From an uncultured Micavibrio sp. (GTDB lineage Bacteria > Pseudomonadota > Alphaproteobacteria > Micavibrionales > UBA2020), in NCBI GenBank assembly GCA_964575605.1, contig CAZNRN010000012.1, forward strand, positions 2,933 through 66,932: a DNA stretch of 64,000 bases. The letters run 5' to 3'. Under the pieces are notes generated by a model that saw only the letters and a program-made list of their open reading frames with translations, had not been told where the DNA came from and made no database searches. The position numbers were made by a program, and so were the translations under genes. Below, piece after piece: positions 58,457 to 64,000 of the stretch (position 1 is its first letter; each line of letters starts with the position of its first letter).

Positions 58457-60796
58457 TTATCCGCGCTTGCGTTTCAGCCGCGCGACTTTCGCTTTGGGTT
58501 TCTTGACCGCGGTTTTCTCCAGCGCCTGCGCCTGCGCACAAGCGTAGGCAGCCGCGTTCACGATGCCGCGCGATGTCACGCTCGGGATCAGGATATGCAC
58601 CGGGCGTTTTGCGCCCAGCAGCAGCGGGCCGACAGTAATGCCCTCGCACAACACTTTCATCATGTGGAAAGTGATGTTGGCGGCGTCGATATTGGGCATG
58701 ATTAGCAGGTTCGCCTGCCCTTTCAATTCGGACTGGGGCAGCATAAGGCCGCGGATGCTTTCGTCTAGTGCCGCAGAGCCTGTCATCTCGCCTTCCACCT
58801 CGAGATGCGGCGCCCGCTCCTTGATAAGCTCGGTCGCCAGGCGCATCTTGGTTGTATCGGCGCGGTCGATACTGCCGAAATCTGAATGCGAGAGCAGCGC
58901 GATTTTCGGCTGGATGCCGAAGCGCTTGACCTCTTCCGCCGCCATGATCGCCATGTCGCACAACTGCTCGGCCGTGGGGTCGGGGTTGACGAAGGCGTCA
59001 CAGATAAAGAACGTGCCCTTGTTCAGGACCATCACGTTAAAGGCTGCATAGGTCGAATTGCCCTCGGCGTGGCCAATCACATCGGTCACATAACGGAAAT
59101 GCCTGTCGTAGCGGCCGATTGTGCCACAGATCATTGCATCCGCATCTTCCTTATGCACCATCAGCGCGGCAATCGCGGTATTGCGTGTGCGCACTGCCTG
59201 CTTGGCAATCGCGGGCGTGATGCCCTTGCGGCCCAGCAGCTTGTGATAGGTCATCCAGTAATCGTTATAACGCGGGTCACTGTCGGGGTTGACCAGTTCG
59301 TAATCGCGGCCCTTTTGCAGGCGCAGGCCCAGTTTCTTAATACGATGCGTAATCACCTGTTCGCGGCCGATCAGGATGGGGCGGGCGATGCCTTCTTCTA
59401 CAATGGTTTGTGCGGCATGCAGGACGCGCACTTCCTCACCCTCGGCGAAGGCGATGCGCTTCGGGTCGGCGGCGGCGCGGTCGTAAATCGGGCGCATCAA
59501 TTGGCCGGATTTAAAGACGTATTTCAGCAGGCTTTCTTCATAGGCCTCGAAATCCTTGATTGGTCGCACAGCGACGCCGCTGTCCATCGCCGCCTTGGCG
59601 ACGGCAGGGGGGATTTTCAAAATCAGGCGCGTGTCGAAAGGCTTGGGGATCAGGTATTCAGGACCGAAGCTTAAGGGCTCGTCGCCATAAACGGCAGCGA
59701 CCTCGGCGGGCGCCTGCTCATGCGCCAGCTCGGCAATGGCCTTGACGCAGGCCAGTTTCATTTCCTCGTTGATGGTCGTCGCCCCCACGTCCAGCGCCCC
59801 CCTGAACATGAAGGGAAAGCAAAGCGCATTATTGACCTGGTTCACGTAGTCGGAACGGCCCGTGCAAATAATGGCGTCCGGACGCGCAGCGCGCGCTTCC
59901 TCCGGCATAATCTCGGGTGTCGGGTTGGCAAGCGTCATCAGGAGAGGCGCATCCGCCATGGATTTCACCATGGCCTTGTCCAGCACGCCCGGGGCGGAAA
60001 GGCCGAGGAAGACATCCGCGCCTTTGATAGCTTCCTTCAGCGTGCGGAAGGGGGTGTCGACGGCGAACTGCTTCTTCACCTCGTCCATATGCTCGTTGCG
60101 GCCTTTCCAGACCACGCCCGCGCGGTCGGTCAGGATAATGTTCTTCTTGGGCAGGCCCAGCGCCACCAGCAGGTTGACGCAGGCCATGGCCGAGGCGCCA
60201 GCACCCGAGGTTACCAGCTTCACGTCTTTCAACTTGCGGCCAGCATATCTCACCCAGTTGGTGAAGGCGGCGCCGACGATGATGGCCGTGCCGTGCTGGT
60301 CGTCATGGAAGACCGGGATCTTCATGCGCTCTTTCAGGCGCTTTTCGATCTCGAAGCATTCCGGGGCTTTGATGTCCTCGAGGTTGATGCCGCCGAAGCT
60401 GGGCTCCAGCGAGGCGATGATGTCGACGATTTTGTCGATATTCTTCTCGTCGATTTCGAGGTCGATGGCGTCGATGCCTGCAAACTTCTTGAACAGGACG
60501 GCCTTGCCCTCCATCACTGGCTTAGAGGCAAGGGGGCCGATATCGCCCAGACCCAGCACGGCTGTGCCGTTGGTGATGACCGCGACCAGGTTGCCGCGGG
60601 CGGTGTATTCGGAAGCCGTTTTCGGGTCGGCCGCAATCTCTTCGCAGGGTGCGGCGACGCCGGGCGAATAGGCGAGCGCGAGGTCGCGCTGCGTAGCCAT
60701 CGCCTTGGTCGGTGTAATGGTGATTTTCCCGGGCCCGTTCGGGTTGCGGTGATATTCAAGGGCGGCTTCGTACAAAGCGTCTTTTTTGAGTGCCAT
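58457..60796 (-). CDS. maeB: NADP-dependent malic enzyme (malic enzyme + PTA-like domain)
   Basis: 779 aa. N-terminus [13 protein letters not shown]...[11 protein letters not shown] and a C-terminal phosphate-acetyltransferase-like domain. Confidence 0.93.
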   Translation of the reverse strand: MALKKDALYEAALEYHRNPNGPGKITITPTKAMATQRDLALAYSPGVAAPCEEIAADPKTASEYTARGNLVAVITNGTAVLGLGDIGPLASKPVMEGKAVLFKKFAGIDAIDLEIDEKNIDKIVDIIASLEPSFGGINLEDIKAPECFEIEKRLKERMKIPVFHDDQHGTAIIVGAAFTNWVRYAGRKLKDVKLVTSGAGASAMACVNLLVALGLPKKNIILTDRAGVVWKGRNEHMDEVKKQFAVDTPFRTLKEAIKGADVFLGLSAPGVLDKAMVKSMADAPLLMTLANPTPEIMPEEARAARPDAIICTGRSDYVNQVNNALCFPFMFRGALDVGATTINEEMKLACVKAIAELAHEQAPAEVAAVYGDEPLSFGPEYLIPKPFDTRLILKIPPAVAKAAMDSGVAVRPIKDFEAYEESLLKYVFKSGQLMRPIYDRAAADPKRIAFAEGEEVRVLHAAQTIVEEGIARPILIGREQVITHRIKKLGLRLQKGRDYELVNPDSDPRYNDYWMTYHKLLGRKGITPAIAKQAVRTRNTAIAALMVHKEDADAMICGTIGRYDRHFRYVTDVIGHAEGNSTYAAFNVMVLNKGTFFICDAFVNPDPTAEQLCDMAIMAAEEVKRFGIQPKIALLSHSDFGSIDRADTTKMRLATELIKERAPHLEVEGEMTGSAALDESIRGLMLPQSELKGQANLLIMPNIDAANITFHMMKVLCEGITVGPLLLGAKRPVHILIPSVTSRGIVNAAAYACAQAQALEKTAVKKPKAKVARLKRKRG

Positions 60797-60966
60797 AGTT
60801 CAAGCTCCTGCCGGCAGAAAAAACGGATGAGGGGTCAGGCTGCGCTGCAGCCGCCCATATGGGGAAAAGGGTACCATGGTTCTGATAAGAAAAGGATTTT
60901 AAAGTTAGGGAACGATAGCCCACCCCTTGTCCATCCCGCCTTCGGCTGCGAAGCAGCTTAGGGGGA

Positions 60967-61051
60967 TGGTGCGGTCGAAAAGACTCGAACTTTCACGGGT
61001 CGCCCCGCTACCACCTCAAGGTAGTGCGTCTACCAATTCCGCCACGACCGC
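60967..61051 (-). tRNA. tRNA-Leu (anticodon GAG)
   Basis: The minus strand reads GCGGTCGTGGCGGAATTGGTAGACGCACTACCTTGAGGTGGTAGCGGGGCGACCCGTGAAAGTTCGAGTCTTTTCGACCGCACCA. It has a 7-bp acceptor stem, anticodon loop TTGAGGT, a long variable arm, a TTCGAGT T-loop and an encoded CCA. Confidence 0.9.
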
Positions 61052-61138
61052 AACGGGGTAGTCTAAGTTACCGTATTCCAATACCAGATTGGGTTTGGCA
61101 GTGCAAGTGTCAAGTAAACCCCTTTAAAATCGGCTTTT

Positions 61139-61663
61139 TCAGTTTGGTTTGGGGTTTTTCGGTTTGACCGCGGGCTGCGCCACAGGGTCTTTCTTGGGCT
61201 TGGGCTCCATGATCTCGCCTTTCTTTTCAGTGCGGGAGAAGAAGAGGTCGTCCAACCCCTCGCGGAACTGCTGCGGCAGCAGGCGGTAGGCTGCCATGTA
61301 ATGGTGCTTGGGCTCTTCCTTCGCGGTGCTGCCGTCATATTTCAACAGCGCCTCTTCCATATCGCGCAGGATGAGGAATGCGTTGTCGAAGTTCAGCTTG
61401 AAATCACCGCCTTTTTCAGGCGTCTGGCCGGTGTGCTTGGTGGCGGCGGCCTGATAGGCGCGGCTGACCGTCTGCAGGCCCGATGTCATCTGGCGCAGGT
61501 TGTGTTTGCTGGTGATTGTCCAGTAGCCGTCCTTGCCGCGCGCCGCGGTGAACTGCACGTGCTTATCCGTGCCCTCCAGCTGGGGGATGGGCAGCTTGCG
61601 GGTGACCATGGTGTCGACCTGGTCGAAGGAATCGGCAGCCTTGTTGAATATCTTTCTCAGCAT
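61139..61663 (-). CDS. hypothetical protein (174 aa) with K/P-rich C-terminal tail
   Basis: Clean ORF with an AAAGG ribosome-binding site. No family recognised. Confidence 0.6.
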   Translation of the reverse strand: MLRKIFNKAADSFDQVDTMVTRKLPIPQLEGTDKHVQFTAARGKDGYWTITSKHNLRQMTSGLQTVSRAYQAAATKHTGQTPEKGGDFKLNFDNAFLILRDMEEALLKYDGSTAKEEPKHHYMAAYRLLPQQFREGLDDLFFSRTEKKGEIMEPKPKKDPVAQPAVKPKNPKPN

Positions 61664-61831
61664 GGTAATGCCTTTTCTTTACAGAATCCTGTAATTTTCA
61701 TTATAAACAAGCGCTTAGTGTAGAATTTTTTCTAGATATATGAGTCCGATATGTCAAGGGGGGCTTTTCATCCACAGGGTATTCGATTATGTTATGCGAA
61801 TTCTTTAGACATATTTGGAAAGCAAAAATTT

Positions 61832-62542
61832 ATGGCTCTCGCGCAAAAAGCGGCGCCCAAACCTGCCGCTAAACAAACCAGCGTCAAAACCTCCCGCGGC
61901 CCAAAGCGTCCCGACTGGCACGTCGAGGACCGCCCCGTCGCCTACGAACGTGCGCTTGCTTTCATGGAAGCCAAGGTCGGCATGATCCGCGACAAGGCGG
62001 ACAATGATTACGTCTGGCTGCTCGAACATCCGCCGGTCTATACCGCGGGCACCAGCGCCGACCCCAAAGACCTCATCAACCCGCGCTTCCCCGTTCATGC
62101 GGCGGGCAGGGGCGGGCAATATACCTACCACGGCCCCGGCCAGCGCATCGCCTATGTGATGCTGGATCTGCACAAGCGCGAACCCGACCTGAAAAAATAC
62201 ATCCATTCCCTCGAGGAATGGGCGATCGAGACCCTGAAGGTTTTCGACGTCAGGGGAGAGCGCCGCGAAGGACGCGTCGGCATCTGGGTCGACATGAAGG
62301 ACTATGGCCGCAAAAAAGGCACCGAAGCCAAGATCGGCGCAATCGGCGTGCGCGTGAAAAAATGGGTCACCTACCACGGCCTGTCGCTGAACGTGAACCC
62401 CGACCTCGGCCATTATAACGGCATTGTGCCCTGCGGCATCCAGCAGCACGGCGTCACCTCGCTGGCCGACCTCGGCATCAAGACGACGATGGGCGATGTC
62501 GACCGCGCGCTTAAATCCAGCTGGGAAAAAGTCTTCGGCTAA
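61832..62542 (+). CDS. lipB: lipoyl(octanoyl) transferase
   Basis: WLLEHPPVYTAGTSA, RGGQYTYHGPGQ and KIGAIGVRV. Start taken at MALAQK (61832). Confidence 0.88.
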   Translation: MALAQKAAPKPAAKQTSVKTSRGPKRPDWHVEDRPVAYERALAFMEAKVGMIRDKADNDYVWLLEHPPVYTAGTSADPKDLINPRFPVHAAGRGGQYTYHGPGQRIAYVMLDLHKREPDLKKYIHSLEEWAIETLKVFDVRGERREGRVGIWVDMKDYGRKKGTEAKIGAIGVRVKKWVTYHGLSLNVNPDLGHYNGIVPCGIQQHGVTSLADLGIKTTMGDVDRALKSSWEKVFG

Positions 62543-63637
62543 TCACTCTGCGTTCAGCAGCACGATGTCCCCCGGCGATTTCGCCTTGGGATTGTTTTCG
62601 ACGTAGGCTACCAGTTGCTTGCCGTCAGGACTCCACGAAACATCGGCTGCTACGATATGGCCGGGCAGGTGCTGCGCAGCACCCCTGTCGTTGAACCAGC
62701 TAAAGCGTTTTTTGTCCGTACCGTCGGCGTTCATCGTCCAGTAATCCGTGCGCACCAGCAAGCCATTGGCGCGGTTTTTCTGCGATACGCCGGCGCTGGA
62801 CATCCAGATGATTTTCGAGCCGTCAGGCGACATCTGGGCGTGTTCGTCCCACTCGCCCTCTTTTTCATCCGTCAGCGCTTCCAGTTTCTGGTCGGCGAAG
62901 CTATATTTATAAATATCGAAACCTTTGTCGTCGTTGCCGAACTTCATGCCGGTGAACAAAAGGCTTGCGCCGTCAGGCGTGAAGCTATGCGTTTCATAGA
63001 ACTGCAGCTTGCCGGGCGTCAGCGTCTCGATATTAGAGAGTTTCGGCTTGTTGTTATCGAAGCTGAAGGCCGCGCGCTTGATAACCCAGGTACCGGTGGG
63101 TGAGGGCTTCGGGCTCGTCAGTTCCGCCCAGACCAGCCAGTTGCCGTCGGGCGAGAAATGCGCATGCAAGACGCCCTTCCCCTTGCCAAGGTCGGTCATG
63201 CGCCAGGCACGCGCGCCATCAGACGTCATGATCCAGATGTTGTTGTTCACGCCAGCACCAGGGTTGGTATAGAGCTTGTAGATGCCGCCCCAGAAAGGCT
63301 GCGGGATGCGTTCATCCAGCGACTGGAAAACAATAAATTTGCCGGACGGATGCCAGGCGGGGTTGCCGTTATGCAGCGACGGATAATCCTTGCCGCAGGT
63401 CAGGCACTTCTTCTCCGAGCCGGCCGGCTTCATGGTCCAGACGTCGAACCATTCATCGTCGCCCTGTTGATCGAAAGCGATCAGGCCATCGGGGCCCCAG
63501 TCGACGCGGCCGCCTTTTCCCTTCACCAACATTGTCGCGGGCTTCGGCTGCGGTGCAGCAGCTTCTTCGGCCATTGCGGGAGATGCCAGCAACAGCGCGG
63601 CGCAAAGAATCGTGGAAATTTTCGTGAATACGGACAT
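62543..63637 (-). CDS. periplasmic PD40/TolB-like beta-propeller protein
   Basis: Signal peptide MSVFTKISTILCAALLLASPAMA. Repeated W.PDG / SPDG beta-propeller blades. Confidence 0.75.
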   Translation of the reverse strand: MSVFTKISTILCAALLLASPAMAEEAAAPQPKPATMLVKGKGGRVDWGPDGLIAFDQQGDDEWFDVWTMKPAGSEKKCLTCGKDYPSLHNGNPAWHPSGKFIVFQSLDERIPQPFWGGIYKLYTNPGAGVNNNIWIMTSDGARAWRMTDLGKGKGVLHAHFSPDGNWLVWAELTSPKPSPTGTWVIKRAAFSFDNNKPKLSNIETLTPGKLQFYETHSFTPDGASLLFTGMKFGNDDKGFDIYKYSFADQKLEALTDEKEGEWDEHAQMSPDGSKIIWMSSAGVSQKNRANGLLVRTDYWTMNADGTDKKRFSWFNDRGAAQHLPGHIVAADVSWSPDGKQLVAYVENNPKAKSPGDIVLLNAE

Positions 63638-64000
63638 TGGCTGCCTCCCCTGACCGTGGATGAACCCGGCAGTATCCTAGCAGCGTAAAACTAAAAGGTT
63701 TATCCCTCGTGTGGCGCGAATCGATCAAGGACGGACAGGACACGGGCATCTCAATGCCAAACCATCTTTACATAATCTGAAAACAAAAAAACAATTGATA
63801 CGGGGAGGGGCCAAATGCTGCGCTGCTTCAGGTATCTAAGCCCCGATTTTCCCGAAGAAAAGATTGCTATCCGAAAATTTCGTGATATGTTGCGCATAAG
63901 ATCAAAAAACATACTCATATGTTACGGGAGTACAGTATTTGGCGAAACGCGTTTCCGCCGATACTATCACCGGGATCACGGCAGATCCGTCCAATAACGG

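Noticed and set aside
59720-60961. 413-aa and 269-aa plus-strand ORFs overlapping maeB
   Set aside because: They are antisense to a full-length, clearly homologous malic enzyme gene. The products are R/G/A/H-rich low-complexity sequences.
63698-63706. A DnaA-box-like TTATCCCTC near the window end as a second origin signal
   Set aside because: It is a single isolated box without a cluster, GANTC enrichment or hemE/parS context. It is compatible with chance.
1-64000. CRISPR arrays, rRNA genes, insertion sequences, prophage or integrative elements, classical toxin-antitoxin or known defence-system gene sets
   Set aside because: I saw no spaced direct-repeat array and no transposase, integrase, recombinase, phage structural, nuclease-helicase or restriction-modification-like ORFs in any frame. 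The only repeated short elements are parS, the DnaA-like boxes and GANTC.

Overview
Origin-proximal segment of a moderately GC-rich alphaproteobacterial-type chromosome; the exact lineage cannot be determined from sequence alone. I call about 58 protein genes and one tRNA-Leu(GAG). I saw no rRNA, CRISPR array, transposase or integrase. Housekeeping content: guaC, mnmE, a [2Fe-2S] ferredoxin, rho, hemJ-hemH-hemE, prmA, two thiolases, add, mnmG-rsmG-parA-parB, holA-lptE-leuS, a class A PBP, rnhA-thrB, ispH, xseB-ispA-dxs-tlyA, ivd, mgtE, maeB and lipB. Best-supported non-genic features: (1) a probable oriC in the 473-bp gap upstream of hemE (16697..17169), with six DnaA-box-like 9-mers, an AT-rich tract and seven GANTC sites in 267 bp; (2) four parS sites (two perfect TGTTTCACGTGAAACA) in and just after rsmG. 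Most interesting uncharacterised content: a lineage-specific protein family of about 300 aa present four times. Two copies keep an HELRH...EAD zincin-like motif (31304..32188, 53262..54350). A tandem pair has lost it (19093..20124, 20176..21066). The tandem pair sits in an origin-adjacent cluster of hypothetical genes that also holds a 202-aa protein closely coupled (4-nt gap) to an APH-like kinase. Other unusual loci: a J-domain-less membrane protein with eight DnaJ-type CxxC motifs, a Sel1+CbxX-type AAA+ fusion, a porin / TPR-sulfotransferase / porin locus with an ATGA overlap, a degenerate MnmE, tandem GT-C-like membrane paralogs, and seven convergent gene pairs whose stop codons overlap or lie within 6 nt. 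All functional calls rest on by-eye motif and family recognition. No database search was run.
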